64,000 nucleotides of DNA, taken from contig NC_042999.1 in assembly GCF_006345805.1 (NCBI RefSeq), forward strand, positions 140,058,001 to 140,122,000, written 5' to 3'. The stretch is from Octopus sinensis (taxonomy: Eukaryota). Both the position numbers and the translations under genes were made by a program. Positions 25,951 through 40,759 of the stretch are shown here, in pieces (within the stretch, counting starts at the first letter, position 1; each line of letters starts with the position of its first letter). A model generated the notes under the pieces. The model saw only the letters and a list, made by a program, of their open reading frames with translations, searched no databases and was not told where the DNA came from.

Positions 25951-28900
25951 GTAAACCATTTACTATTTCTGTGGTCTCCCCTCCTTCCCTAGATGCTCAA
26001 AGCACGTGCTTATTTTGCTTAATGGTTAATCCAGTGCTGGTGAGTAGTAAATCTTGGATTGCATCATACAATGTGTTCTTCCTTTTTAAAAAGTAGAGTG
26101 TAGTTTGAGGAGGATTTGGTCACTGTTTCTAGCAGATCAAGCAACCATATCTCTAAGATATAAAAAAAATGACCTTTAACTTTTGCAGGTTATTACAAAC
26201 TTGTTAAATCAATGTGACATAAACTCAACCAGAATATATGCTGGAAAAATATGGACAGGTCTGGATTGAATGCTTGAAACAGAGAAAATGCTGTTCAAGG
26301 TACAGAAGGGCCAGATGGTGATGGCATTAAGCTGGATGGTGTATTAGGCCTATCACTATAAAGAAAGAGAGAATGAAAAAGAAACTACATTTTATGAACA
26401 TGGTTAGAGAGTTTTCTGTTGATGTTATTGTTCAGACCTAGGGCAACCCTATCATTAAATATATTCTAGCCATGATCAACTGATTTGGATATATTCTCTC
26501 ATTATTTTAAAAGAGACTATAGTATGAGATTGGAGGGGAAATCAGCTGTTATTTTTAGCAGGTTGTATGATCATGTAGAAGCTCTTTCATTGAATCTTGA
26601 GCATTTTATAATAATCAGGTTGTCTTACCTCTTTAATAGTAGTGAGTTTGTTAATTGAGGATCTTAATTTCTCCTACACCCACTTGCCTACCTTCTCACC
26701 CAACTCTGATTCTCACTGTAAATGTCATTGTTATATTACCTCCTTCAGTGACAGCATTGCAATCATTTTAACCACGTGATGGACTGAAGTAATTGTTATG
26801 AGTGTGTGTTTTGTGGAGTGCAGTGAGAGTGATGTGAGTAGCCTGAGACCATCAACATGTGTTCCTTGAACTCAGATATTTATCTAAGTACTGATATCAA
26901 TAAACTTTAACTAGATAAGGTGAGTGAGTGATTGGTTGCATGTGTGTGTTAACAGGTGTGTTAACTGATGATGGTAATGGTTTATACATATATATGTGTG
27001 TGTATATATATATATATAAATATATATATGAGAAAGAGAGATATAAGTAAAAGTGTCTTAAAATTATAAAAAACAACAAATATTAATTGAACAAAGGATT
27101 CAATATAAGGTATAGTCAAATATTTATCTTCATATATACATATGGTGTTAGGAAGGGCATCCAGCCATAGAAGTCATGCAATCAGACTGAAGTTTGGTGC
27201 AGCTCCTGAGCTTACCAGCCCTGCTCAGACTGTCCAACCCATGCCAGCATGGACAATGGACATTAAATGATGATGATGATGTAATGTATAAGGTTGAAAG
27301 CTGGCAGAATTGATAGCAAGTCAGCTCTCTACATTCATCATCAACATTTAACGTCCACTTTCCATGCTAGCATGGGTTGGACGCTTTGACTGAGGTCTGG
27401 CAAATCAGATGGCTGTACCAGGCTCCAATCTTGATCTGGCAGAGTTTCTACAGCTGGATGCCCTTCCTAACGCCAACCACTCCGAGAATGTAGTGGGTGC
27501 TTTTACGTGCCACAATTCTAACAAATTTGTCTTTGCCTTTTATCCCTACAGGATCAATAAAATAAGTACCAATCAAGTACAGAGGTGTAGGGGGAGATGA
27601 AATCAACTTGCCCATCCCCTCAAAAATAGCTGGGCTTGATCCTGCAACAGATCTACATCCAATTCAGGCAGAATGTTGTGCTCTTAGTTACTTACATGCC
27701 ATGGAAACTGGGTAACAAGTTTTCTGAGTCCTAGGTCTTGCTCTGCTTCTTCCATACTTTAACCTCTTTGCCTCCAACATAAAGCTGGCCCCACTCCTTC
27801 TGGGATTATCATCTTGCAAGTTGCATGGTGGCTTCAACAGAGCTAGTAGCATGGATAAAGCACCCAGTACACATTGTAAAGTGGTTGGCATTGGGATGAG
27901 CATCAGCTATGGAAACCATGCCAAATCAGATACTGGAGCACAATGCAGTTCGTGGATCCATTGGGTCTTGTCAAACCGCCCAACCCATGCTAGCATAGAA
28001 CATGAATGTTGAATAATGGTGTTGTTAATGTAGGTAGACTGTTGTTGGAAAGTAAAACCTGAATAAATCTTGTTATTCTCTTTTCACAAATGCTCTCTAT
28101 TATATGATATCTGTTCATGTCTTTCTCCTCTGGTGTTGAATTTCAACAGTTCAAGAACATTAGTGGCATCAATCTCACTAGTCTTGGAAGAGCTGCAAAG
28201 GCCATGGGTGCTACTCCCTCCTGACCCAGCAAATAAAAAAATGTATATATGTGTTTGTTTGTGGGTCCATTTTACATGAGATGCTCTTCCTATCACCATC
28301 CCTTACCTGTTTTTCAAATATAGAATTTTGTTTTCCCACTAGTCTTTGAAAATACAAGTGTTTTGTTCAGATGGTGTTAGATGAGAAAGCAGAATAATAA
28401 CGAACCAATTGTATAGTGCTCAGGTGCACTACAACTCATCAGATGAACAATTTATGCACATGCATTCCCATACACACACAAGTATATGTAAAATGCATAT
28501 ATATAAAGTGCATCTATTCTTTACATTGGACACACTGCATAGAATTTCTACCTATTCGTTTTCTGTGTACCAAACATAATCATTTCCCTGGCAGTATTCT
28601 TTTCTTTTTTTTTGAAAATCTACAAATCTTCTCTCTCTATCTCTCACTCTAAAGTTAAGCTGTGTATTTCTACTATTTTAATTTATTTTGACCTTCACTC
28701 CTCAAAGAATCTCTTTGGAATTTGAATATTAGTTGAAAGAAAATCCATATTAGGAATTTCACAATTCTTTTCTTTTCACTTTTCATTCCAAGAAACTCTA
28801 GGAATTCATAACTTACAGATGATAAACTATAACTTATAAATAACTTCTAAACCAACTCATAGATGATAACCTCTAAGTTACAAATAACTTGTACATGTTC

Positions 28901-29070
28901 ATAACTTATTAGGTGATCTTAGGAATTTATAACTCCACCTTAAAATCTTTTTCTATTTCTAAGCTGTAAATTGAACAACTGGCATCCTGATTTTGCATTT
29001 ACTTGAAAGTATTGTAAAACTGAACCCTGCAGTTTTTAATGAAAGAATTTAATAAGTAATACATACACAC

Positions 29071-29116
<46 letters not shown>

Positions 29117-29696
29117 TGTCAACGTCAGCATTTGTACATCCATATATTCCATGCAAGCATGGGAAAGCAGATGTTAAAATGATGATAATATATGTGTATA
29201 TTATGTGTATGTATGTGTAAACACACTCACACGTATATATATATATATATGCATACTGTTACACACACCACCACCATTAATACTTACTCAGTCCTCTGTT
29301 TTTTTTATCAGCTACACCCACCCACACACGCATACAGACACATATATTTCTGTAGGTCACCTGCAACCCTTTCCCCTTCCTAACACTCTCACCACCACCA
29401 CTTCTATGACCAAAAGACATTTTGTAAATATGCATGGATAGTTGTTGATTCTGTATGTGTGTGTATGTCTGTATATACACACACAAAATCAACTATACAC
29501 ACATACTGTGTGTGTGTGTGGAGGGGGTGATAGAGACAGACAGAGATTATCAGTATTGACAGCCAGTATGTCAGAAGCACATATTTTCAATGGAAGAAGA
29601 GGAAAGGTTTATAAAATAGTATGCTGCCCTATGGGAACTGGTGATTCAGGGCAAGAAGTCACTAACTAATCTTACTAAAAACACCACTAACAGTAG

Positions 29697-29781
29697 GTAT
29701 GAGCTTTAACCAAGGAACCTCAGTTACTGTTCAGATACAGTACCAGAGTGAGGCTGTTGACTATAAGGGTGCATGTCGGAG
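29697..29781 (+). CDS. Weak candidate exon (GMSFNQGTSVTVQIQYQSEAVDYKGACR)
   Basis: Open frame ending at donor AG|gtaggt. The acceptor lacks a good pyrimidine tract. Confidence 0.25.
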
Positions 29782-30324
29782 GTAGGTCCTTAATTATTTC
29801 TTTTATTTTTCTTACCATCTTAACAGAACTCACATGTATAAACTTTTATGAGTATTCTATATTCATTTATATTTATATGTCTCTAACTTTATAGATACAC
29901 TCATATTTGTATGGAAATCTTTTTGGCATTTGTGAGTATGTCTGTGCATATGTTTACATATGGATGTGTAAATATGTGCATTGTGTGTTCACATTGCAGT
30001 TTATTTTTCAAATTTTTCATCCAAAGGGGTGAGAAAGAGATTGTTTCTAACCTAGAAAGTATCTTTCATTGGAATTTAGATAATATCAATGTGGTAGTTA
30101 AGTGTGTGTGTGTGTGTGTGTGTATTTGTACATATATATGTTCATATATCTGTGCATACAAATGCTAAACTTCTAGAAAGTTTTACATATTTTTACAGCT
30201 CCATTAATGGTTTATGACTAATTTCCTAATCAGTTGCCTTCTCTGATTTTGTGAAACCCAGTTTCTCGGTATTTGTGTGCTGAGGCAGTTAGTTTCAAAT
30301 CCAAGTACTGCAATAATTGTAGGC

Positions 30325-30694
30325 ATTCTTTTACTTGTTTCAGTCATTTGACTGTGGCCATGCTGGAGCACCACCTTTAGTCAAACAAATCGACCCCAGG
30401 ACTTATTCTTTGAAAGCCTAGTACTTATTCTATCAGTCACGTTTGCTAACCCACTAAGTTACGGGGATGTAAACACACCAACACCAGTTGTCAAGTGATG
30501 GTGGGGGGACAAACACAGACACAAATACACACACACATATATGACGGGCTTCTTACAGTTTTCATCTACCAAATCCACTCACAAGGCTTTGGTCAGCCTG
30601 AGGTTATAGAAGATATGTGCCCAAGGTGCCACACAGTGGGACTGAACCTGGAACCATATGGTTGGAAAGCAAGCTTCTTACCACACAACCACTC
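30325..30694 (-). mobile_element. tRNA-derived SINE (same family as 7601 and 59439), CpG-depleted copy
   Basis: Aligns by eye to the 59439-59845 copy. I counted 4 CpGs. Confidence 0.9.
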
Positions 30695-31990
30695 AAATAT
30701 AAATCGATATTTTGGGTGGAATGTCTATGAAATCTGAAGATGATTGTGCTGGATTTTTTAGGAATACGTTAAGAGAGTTAGGAAATGAAATAATGAATAA
30801 AAGATTAAACTGATATTTATTTTTGACATGCTGTATATGTATTACATCTAATGTTACTAAGTGTTATTTATGGTAATATATAATGCAACAATTTTTATTA
30901 TACAAAACTTTATAAAACCTTTAATATTTACATTCTTTTAAAATCTGTGACGAGTAATCTGTGCTGTTGGTATTTGTTCACAACAAAAAAAAAATAATTC
31001 CTAGTAAAGACTTTTAAATTGACGATGATGAAATCAAGATAGATGACAATGTAATTGAAACTAACAATATCAATGATGATGAATTTGATGTTGACGTTGA
31101 TTAGCTTTAGGTTGATAAGGACTAATTTGAGCTGGTGGTGGAGTGTCCCTTGTATGTTTTACTGTCACTTTGATCCTTTCTAACAGCATGGCTATGCATG
31201 ATGTTCTGCTGATAAGGAGAACAAATTTTTTTGTCTGATTACCTGTTGTGATAGAGCTTATCTTCCCTGGATGTGTGTCCTTGTTCAACACCCAGAGAAT
31301 ACTTTCTGAGGAGCTCTTTTCCAACTCTCATAATTTTATCTGCTGCATGTATGCTGACTTGATCCATGAATGCACTTCAACAGATGGTTATGAGATGTCA
31401 AAAAGATATAATGCAGCATTCAAAGTCTATTTGGATCAATGTTAAGCTCCTGTGTCATTATCTAAGTAGAGGTAGTACATTACTGTTAATGTAGACATTT
31501 ATAGAATTAGTTAAAAGATCGGTAATTTTAACATCAGCAACTCATATCACATCTAGTGTCCAAATGAGTAGCATAGATATTGGTATGAATACTGATACAG
31601 CAAACACATTGTAGGCCACTGGCTTGTATACAGAGCTATTGAAGAACCATATTTTTAAAAATCTGTGTTATATGGTTATTTATGCTTATGCATTCTTAGT
31701 TTCATGTTCCATCAGAAGATATATTTTCATCTACCCCAAAGTGCTTATAGAATTCTTCATCAAATATTGAAAAAAAACCCATCAGGCCATTGATACAGAT
31801 ATTATTAGACTGACTTGTAGAAACATTTATTCCCTTAATCCTTTGAAAGTATTGTAACCATGCCAAAGCTCATCTTCATACCATTATTCTTTTAGGATCT
31901 TCCTTAAAAGAACTATACATGAGACTAATTTTTTAACCAATTACATAGTCTTGAAATTTCTTCAACGAAAAGAGCAAGAGGTTCATTAAT

Positions 31991-32620
31991 CATCATCATC
32001 ATTTAACGTCCGTTTTCCATGCTATCATGGGTTGGACGGTTCGGCCGGGGTCTGGGAAGCCAGGAGGCTGCACCAGGCACCAGTCTGATCCTGGCAGTGT
32101 TTCTACAGCTGGATGCCCTTCATCATGCTAACCACTCCGTGAGTGTAGTGGGTGCTTTTTACGTGCCACCAGCACAGGTGCCAGGGGAGGCTGGCAGCAG
32201 CCACGATCGGTTGGTGCTTTTTACATGTCACCGGCACAAAAGCCAGTCAAGGCAGCGCTGGCAACGGCCATGTTCAGATGGTGCTTTTTACATGCCACCG
32301 GCATGGGTATCTTAACTACGATTTCCATTTGATCTTTTATTTTGATGTTGATGTACTTGACTCAATAGATCTCTTCAAGCACAGCAGGTCGCCCTACAAT
32401 CCAAGGTAAGCACAGTAGGCCGTTCTGTGATCCAAGGTACTTTGGATGGGCTGGGACTGCTCTGTGAAATTAGTGCAGGAAAGAGTCATGAACTCACATT
32501 ATTTGTCAGGTCTTCGCAGTCACAGCATATCTCTAAAAATATCAGTTTTTTGTCATTGCCTCTGTGAGGCCCAACGTCCGAAGGTCATGCTTGACCACCT
32601 CATCCCATGTCTTCCTGAGT
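31991..32620 (-). mobile_element. RTE LINE 3' end (UTR plus ORF C-terminus)
   Basis: catcatcatcatttaacgtccgttttccatgc tail and the reverse complement of the RKTWDEVVKHDLRTLGLTEAMT segment at about 32550-32620. Confidence 0.85.
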
Positions 32621-35232
32621 CTGCCTCAACCCCGGATTCCTTCATTAAGTGGTCCAAAATAAAGCTTGGTGTCTTTAGCCTCGATGATGGTCACTAGAAC
32701 TTTAATAAATCAAAATACACCTAGTATCCATGAGTAGGGAATAGAATTGAATGCTTTTCTTTGTAATCTAGCTAGTCTACAATTGAATTCTTCCTATGCC
32801 ACCACCCCTCTTTAGTCATAATTTTATTAATTAGAAATTGCTCAGCACATTTCCAACTTCCTTACTTCACAGTTGCTTGTTCAACTGTGAAATATTGTTA
32901 CTCTCAGGATTAGATTCAGATAAGCTGTGTTAATTCCATCCTTTCAATTCCAGCATACAATTGGCTTATAGTTCAACATGTGAGTGGATTTGTTTTAGAG
33001 TATCAGTTTTATTTCTGCCAGTATCAGCCAGCTTGGCATTTTCTTTTTCTTTGTACAAGTACTTAATATTCAAGAATCTTCTTGCTGCTTTCCTTACCTA
33101 AAGTTTCTAAATCATAACCTCAAGTGTATCACCATTGATACTGTATGCTTTTGATGTAATGTAAGGTCAAAATTTTTTTAGATTTCTTTGACCATCCTGC
33201 ATCATTGTTAAACTCTTATTTTCACTCTAGAATAAAACTACATTTCCCAGAAGGAACTTCTGTGACATTTATTGTCTTCTCATATCTTGGTAAACTACAG
33301 ATTAGTTTTGATTGAATTTTTTACTGTTCCTTCAGCAACTCTCTTTTAATGCCTGAGTTTTTCAATAGCAACTTTTTCCTCCTGTTTGAGGGTAATCAAT
33401 TTATTCTCAAGGGTTCTCTTTTTACTGTTTCCAGACATGGTTTCTATTTTGTATTTCACTTTTTGTTGGCAAGAAATCTAGTTATTTGTTTGTTTGCATG
33501 TGTTATGCATTGCCACATGACTAATAATCTTCTATAGAAGGTATATCACGGTACCATTTTTATTTTGTTATCTTTCTTTAATTCTTCAGTATTGCTAAGA
33601 TACTACTTTGTGGTTGTCAAGAGGGCATAATAAATAAATGTCAATTTGTCAAAATGAAAGGTCATTGCACTGTCATGAACATTTACCCCAATTTCATTAG
33701 TCACTGTTAACATGAATTCAGTGGATCTCTTATTAATGCTAATCAAATGTTATTTTTCTTGTAGGAGTTTTAAACATAAAATAACCTTTTCTTGAACGCA
33801 TGTCACTCACTGTAAATACATTTCAGTTGTTTATACTCTTCCAACTTGTAGTACACTTAAAGTATCATCATCGCTGCTACGGTCAATGACACCTTGGTAC
33901 GAATGATCTTCAGTTTGATTGCCATAATTGCAGTTAGTCAGATCTGTTATGACACATGTGCCATCTTTGTTATTGGCAGGTCTGATTAGGAAAATGTTTA
34001 CATAGTCTTTTTTGTGTTCTATTCACTCTTTTAGGAATAAACATATATTCATCACATTTTAGAATCCTACACTTTTTCTGCTAATTTAACCAACTGTTTT
34101 ACAATGTGAAGAGTGGGTGGGAAGGTGTACACAGTGAATACAAATTTGAGGTGGGAGCAGTGATGACAGAAAGGCCAGTGATTAGTATTTGAAAAACAGG
34201 AATAGGGGAGTCAATGTAGTTATAAAGGATACATGATAAATCAGGGCATGTACATTTTGCACAGGTGACCAAAGAGTGGAATTGGAGAGCAAGAAAAGAA
34301 AAAAGAATGACAGCAGACGGACTAGAATGGGTGTGAATGTGGACAATGGAACAAGGCAGGGATATAAAGAGGTGGTCAGAAGTGGGGAGAGCAATTGGTA
34401 ATAGCAAAGAGACAAAAGTGGAAATGGGTGATTAGATAAAAGTGAGAGTCAGTAAGAGATAGGAAATGAGAGGCAATAGAAGACATGGACAAAAGTAGAG
34501 ATGGATGACAAGACAAAGAGAGTAGGTGAAGAGTAGTAATAGAGGTAGTTCAGAGGGGGGAAGAGAGTGCTGACTGGTAGCACAGCACAATGAAGTTAAG
34601 GTATGTTGGTAGCCTAATGCAGTCTCCCATATACAGATCTGTTGAAAGGCAAGTGGGCAAAGTGATGAGAATAGTGGGATCAGTACATGTGGTGGGGAGA
34701 TAAGAGTTGGAGGGCTATGAATGATATGAAGTTAAGCCAAAATGGGTAGATGGGAGGTGGAGGTCAAGAATGTATGGTTAGTGGGTCACAAATATAAACC
34801 TGGGACATATATTCAAAAACCCAAGAAAAATACACTCCATACTTAGAATTTCTTCTACAATTACAACTGAAAATAACTACATATACCTTTCCCAATGTCA
34901 TTTTTCTTTGTCCCCCCCCCCCCCAGTGTTGTTGATCTGGACATCTCAAGCTGTGTACTTAATAATCAAATCTCTGCATGGTGAACTTGACAAATATCAT
35001 TATGATCTTGAATAAAAGGTGTCTTCAATGAATGTGATAAAAAAAATTAGTTTTTATCTAGGCTGATAGTTGTTGCATTAATGATGGAAATAATATTCAT
35101 TGTAAATTTAAAGAACAGTTTCCTATGCTAATAATGAATGCCGTGTGTGTGCATGAGTGTGCAAGCATGCAAATTTACAAAATGGAAACCTATTATTGTT
35201 ATTGGTTCCCAACTGAAGATTTCGTTTTACAG

Positions 35233-35308
35233 GTAGTGTGTATCGAAAGCAATCAGCTGAGAATGCCCTATACTTATCTAAGACATTACCTATAATCAGA
35301 AGTCACAA
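35233..35308 (+). CDS. Candidate 76-nt exon (GSVYRKQSAENALYLSKTLPIIRSH, phase 1-2)
   Basis: Acceptor gatttcgttttacag and donor AA|gtatga. One frame is open and a CpG is retained. No homology recognised. Confidence 0.4.
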
Positions 35309-36670
35309 GTATGAAATGTATGTGCAATGAAATGGTTCGAATGGGAACTGAATTTGTATTGCCAACTCATTTGAGACGCTCCTATATATATATATGAGGG
35401 AGTGAGGTGGGGTTAGTACAAACTGGATAGAGAGAACTCAAAACATGAAAATATATAAACTTTTTTTATTCTTAATTGGTAAAAGTATATTGCAAAATGA
35501 CTTAAGAGATGGGAATTTCATACCATGCACAACACTCACAACTCTTGAGTTGCTTTGTCATTTCTGCTAATTGAAAATAGTGTGTGTGTGTACAGACAAG
35601 GCAAATTGATGATTGATATCAAGTGAACAAGTGCAGAGGTTTGATGTTAGAAGGATGTTGTGTAGTAGCAGACCAAGGATGAGTTTGGAAGAAGTGCCAG
35701 AACAGACAATTGGAGCTTGGTGCAGTTCTCTGGCTGGCCAGCTCCTGTCAAACCATCTAACCCATGCCAGCATGGAAAACGGACGTTAAATGATGATGAC
35801 CAAGATAACAAGATGTATAAAGCATTGCTAAGTGTATATATTCTAATCTAAGCCAGAATAAGCTTATCATACTCCGTACCATTGTCCAGAGTACAAGTTT
35901 CTATTTCTACTGAGAGAGTATCTATGCTGTTGCATAAATATTCACCTGCTAAAAATAGCAATGAAATTTCTTCCAAATAAAATCTTACCATTTAAAAAAA
36001 AGTATACATTGCAGAGGGCACATTCTGCACAAATAAAAAGCAGAATCTTCAAGTTAGGTCTGCTTGACCAGGGTTGATCTGACGTTAAACAACAAAGACT
36101 ACATATTTGAGGTAGTGAGGGAGCTTCCATGTTTTTCAACCTGCTAAAATAACAGTCAAATCTTCAGATTGCATCCTATATTGAGAAGGTTGGAACACTT
36201 TGGATTAACCTGTCTTAAATACTCATTGTTCAAACAGAAAGATGCAGTGGGCATAGAATGCTTTTGATCATAGGTCTGTTCTGTCAGAGTTGATGTAGAG
36301 ATAAAAAAAAAAAACTATGCTTTTTCCTCTTGTTCACCATTCTACATAATGACATATTCACCCCATCACCTCTGATAATAACACTGTAGAACTTGTATGT
36401 GTGGTATCAAAGTTATTGATTAGAATCATAACTAACCCAGTTGATAAAGTGTCAGCTGCTGGTTAACATGTCCTCTAGTGTTTAATTTATATGTCTTTCC
36501 TGAGCTTTTAGTGCTGTGTTCAAATTTTCTCAGAATTAACTTGCAGAGAGGGATGAGATCTACTATATTTGGTTGATATGCTCTGAAGATCAATTTTTGA
36601 AGTAGTGTCTAATGCTTTTTCATCTTTTTTTTTTTATTTTACTGGTCAGAGAAGACCTACTACATCTTAA

Positions 36671-38858
36671 CCCTTGGCCTACCAGAGAAAATGTATGTCA
36701 CTAATTACCAACTGGGTCCAATGGACCCAATATTTTCCTTTTTTCTTTGGCTGACGAATCTCAAACGTGGTTGAAGATCATCTTCTTTTCTTGTTTGGTT
36801 GAGAAATGTTTGCGGAACTAGAAGATTATTTGTCATGTTCTTGTTTAGTATTAACTCCAGCAAATTCCTTTCCTAACTGAATTAGGCATTGTCTTCGTTT
36901 ATCCTTGAAACTTTGTAAGTGAAGCTGTTTAACAACAATGAAAGCATTCACTGCACTTATATCAATCCTGTTGTAGAATATAACCATAGGCCATCTTCAA
37001 GTCATTCTTTTGCAAGTGTATGTCCTTTCCATCTTATGTAGGGTATCTTCTCCTCCTTTTATTTTGTTGTAACATGTAATAACTTCAGGTTTCTTTTCAG
37101 CACTTTTTGAATGAATTGAAAACTGAGAGTGCATTGTACTCATAAGTGTGACTACATAATTTTTCTTGCGACAATAACATAAGATCATAGAATCCTTTTG
37201 AGATCCAAATATTGTGCTGTTGATTTCTCTTTCTTTTCCATTTGCCAAAGCACTTGTAAGTTCAACTCTGTTCTTTCTAATTGTTCCAACTAAAGTAGTT
37301 TTCTTGCTAAGTAGCTTTCAAGCCAATCCTAGACTTGTAAAAGAATTATCACAAGTTATATTGCGACCAGTATTTTCAAGTTCTTTTACTAGGTCTTCAA
37401 CAACTCTTGAACCTTGATTTGTCTTTCTCCCTTTTACTGGGTCTTTTCCAGTGTAAATTTGCATTTTCCAGGCATAAGATGTTTCACTGTTGTATATTGC
37501 CCAAATTTTAATTCCATATTTCCCTGGTTTTGAAAGAATATATACCGGAATGGGCAGCACCCTCTGAATGAAACTAATTGTTTATCAACTGACATGCATG
37601 AACTTGGAACAAATCCATCTTGCAAATTCTGATTTCACATTTCAAATACTTCTCTTGTGGGCTCCAATTTATCATCACTTCTCTTTTTTCCTTCATGCAC
37701 AAGCATCATCAAAATACAACACTTGTAAAATCTGCTGAAATCTTTCCTAGCTTATAATTTTGTTGAATATTGGGCAACCATCTTCTTGACTCCATAAATG
37801 TGACATTTTCATGTTTAGATTTATAAACACCTATAAGAATAGCCAGTACAATAATATTCTTTAGTTCAGAGTGATCAATTTCTTTCCATTTATCTTTGTA
37901 AACAACCCCACCTTCAACATTTGTCCATTTATGAATTACTTCAAGAAGATTCTGGTGCATAAAGATAGTAAAACATGTTTCAATGCTATTGCAAGACCTT
38001 TTAGCAAAATTGATGGTCCACATTCTTAGCGCACAATATTGCAAGATGAAGTTCTTACTGTTGCTTGAGTAAGAGGATTAGAATGCCAGACTTCTTGTCT
38101 GCCTTTAGAAACATATTGCTCATCCATAATTGGGTAGCCTACAGATAATTGTTTTTGAGCATCTGCATCATCTGATGACACAGAACCTAAACTGTCCAAC
38201 ACACAATCACTTTCATCATCATCTTCAGAGCAATAGATGGAATCACTACTGTCTTCTTCCCATTCTTCATCTAATTCCAATAACCTTTTCGATATTTGGT
38301 CTTCGCTCAAGTTTTCATGTCTAGGCATATTGGAAAGCACAACTGAACTATATGAAAGTTGATAGCAGACTAAAGGCAGATATTGCTCTCCCACATATTT
38401 ATACTCTCCTGAAAGATGATGAAATATATTGAAGGAATTGCATCCTCACAGAAATATTGCATCACCCTATAACCTAGCAGATTGAAGGTGATGCAATACC
38501 ACAAAAATTTACAAGAATATTTTCATAGTTTTTCCTATTTTATCTAAAATTCAGCAAATAAATTGAATACAATTTTATCTATTTTATATCTGGTAAATAT
38601 CTAGGAAAATAATATTTGATATTGCTTTTATTCTGTTTAGAATAACAAAAGTATTGTCTGAATTTAATTCGAGGGTCCAATGGACCCACATGGTCATTAA
38701 TGTATAATGTAAAATTTTCTAGCTTTTATTTCCCATTTGACAAATAAAAAAGAGTCAAGAAAAAATAAGAGACACAAGAAATAAGAAGAATGAAATAATA
38801 TAAACAGTAGGAAAAAGTAACAGAAAATACTGAATTGGACCCATTGGTAGACAGAAGG
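36671..38858 (-). mobile_element. Full-length decayed piggyBac element (PGBD4-like transposase pseudogene, about 38328 to 36720)
   Basis: TTAA TSDs at 36667-36670 and 38859-38862, with imperfect TIRs. Motifs: acidic N-terminus, SVDKQLVSFRGCCPFR, SKPGKYGIKIW, NITCDNSFTS, YNKIKGGEDT. Frameshifted across several ORF fragments. Confidence 0.93.
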
Positions 38859-39959
38859 TTAAAGCAAAAGTGTAATTATAATTAAAGTATAACTATAAAA
38901 ATATGAAGAATATGGCTAAGGGGTTAACAGGTTCACTTCTCAATGATGAAGCCCTGGGTTCACTACTAATACCCAGCATTTTGGGTTAGTGACTTCTGAC
39001 ATAGCTTCAGATTAAACCAATCCTTGTAAGTGAAGTTGGGTGGATGGAGACTGTGGAAGCTCTTCAGATGGATTGTACTTGTAATTCAAAGGCACCAACC
39101 TTATCAAAGATTGTCATACTGATTCTGTTTCATTGTATTAAGGCTGTGGTATACTCTGTCACACTGTAATACAAGGAATAGGGGGTTCTCTTGAATGAAC
39201 AGCTGGAACACTGATTTGAACAGATTAGGAAGTGCACTCTGATATGTCACAAAAGTAAGCTAATGAAAGTTCTGATATCATACAAAAAGTTGAAAATCTT
39301 TGTTTAGCATTGGATTGATTACTGTTGTATATAATTTGAAGAGATACAACAGATGTGTGAGCAAGAGATTTTTCAGAATGAAAGTTCAGGATTTTACCAG
39401 ATGTTTCATTGAAAAATCGTAGCTAAGCTGAGTTAAATATTACTGGGTCAAAGCCTTTAAATTTTTTTTTTAATATATTGAACAAATACTCTTTTGTTGA
39501 AAGACAAAATAGAAGATTGTATTTTCTGAATTTCTATAGTACTAAAAAAAGGCAGCAGTTGACTGATTTGTGCCCTAGTCTATAGGCTGAATAGAATTAA
39601 TAATTCATAGCATCATCAGTGATATACTAAGTCTCTAATTAAGAAATTTAAATTTCAATACCCTGTCATTGTAGCTATAAATAGATTTCATGAAGGAAAT
39701 GTATTTTTTGCTATCATGAAGGAAATATATTTTTTAGGCAGCAGGAGCATTCTGTAACAGAAAAGTAATTAAAGTAGCTCACAAGTGGTGGATGCAAATC
39801 CTTGTAGAAACCAGCGTCTGACAGATTTTCATAAGGGATAGATCAATAATGTTTAATACCTTGAAAACTGTGATGAACCCTAATTTATTTGAGACACTTG
39901 ATGATGATGATGATGATGATAAGAAATAAAAAAGAAGTTTTGCTTCATTTTAATAAATA

Positions 39960-40137
39960 CCGTATTTTAACATGTATAAGGAACCCTTTTTTGTCAAAAA
40001 TTAGGTTAAAAAATATGGGAGTTACTTATACATGGACAGTATTATAATCCCTTACAAAACCTTTTTTCCAAATTTTAATCTCCCCAAAGTAGGAGGATCC
40101 TTATACATGAGGGTTCCTTATACATGTTAAAATATGG
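39960..40137. mobile_element. Tc1/mariner-superfamily (Tc2/pogo-like) MITE
   Basis: TIRs ccgtattttaacatgtataaggaaccc / gggttccttatacatgttaaaatatgg, flanked by TA. Confidence 0.85.
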
Positions 40138-40759
40138 TAGTTCATCACAAACATTTATTTTGACTTTTGGGAGAGGATCTGTTTCATGTTGAAATATCAA
40201 GTTTAGAGGGGAAATGAAAAATGATGGTGTGTGTGTGATGTAAATGAAACAGTTCCAACTCAGAATTGAAACCTGGTCATACTGATTTCATTTGGTAATA
40301 AATTCTATCTGACCATGTAGCAGGCTCAGTTAAACTGAGAAACATACTACCCACTGCCAAATACCATTCTTTATCATATTTATTGGAATGTAAAACTTTT
40401 AGGGGAAGCTGTGATATTCAAAATTTTATAAGCACATTAATCACATAAATAAAAATAATTCCAGCAATGAATTAAAACCCTGTTACTGAACTGTTTATAG
40501 AAAACCACCACCACATGACACACCACTTGATTAACAAATAATAATTATCCTTTCCATAAAGGCAGTGAGATGGCAGGAATGGTAAAGCACCAAGCTAAAT
40601 GTCTCACAATATTTACTTTTATTTCTTCTATATGATCTGCATTCAGCTCTTTCTAGGTTGACCTTGTCTTTGAACCCAGTATGGTGTGAACAACCACTGA
40701 CAATGTATTCTAGTCTATTCAACTGACAAGATATCCTAATACTACCTTTTATGTATTAT

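Noticed and set aside
28408-28442. Minus-strand CTGATGA followed by a good hairpin
   Set aside because: No GAAA, stem III or stem I follows, so it is not a hammerhead.
34100-34770. Purine-rich tracts (also about 2420-2960 and 3680-3960) giving Leu/Ser-rich antisense ORFs
   Set aside because: These are decayed GA-rich low-complexity DNA, with no supportable function.
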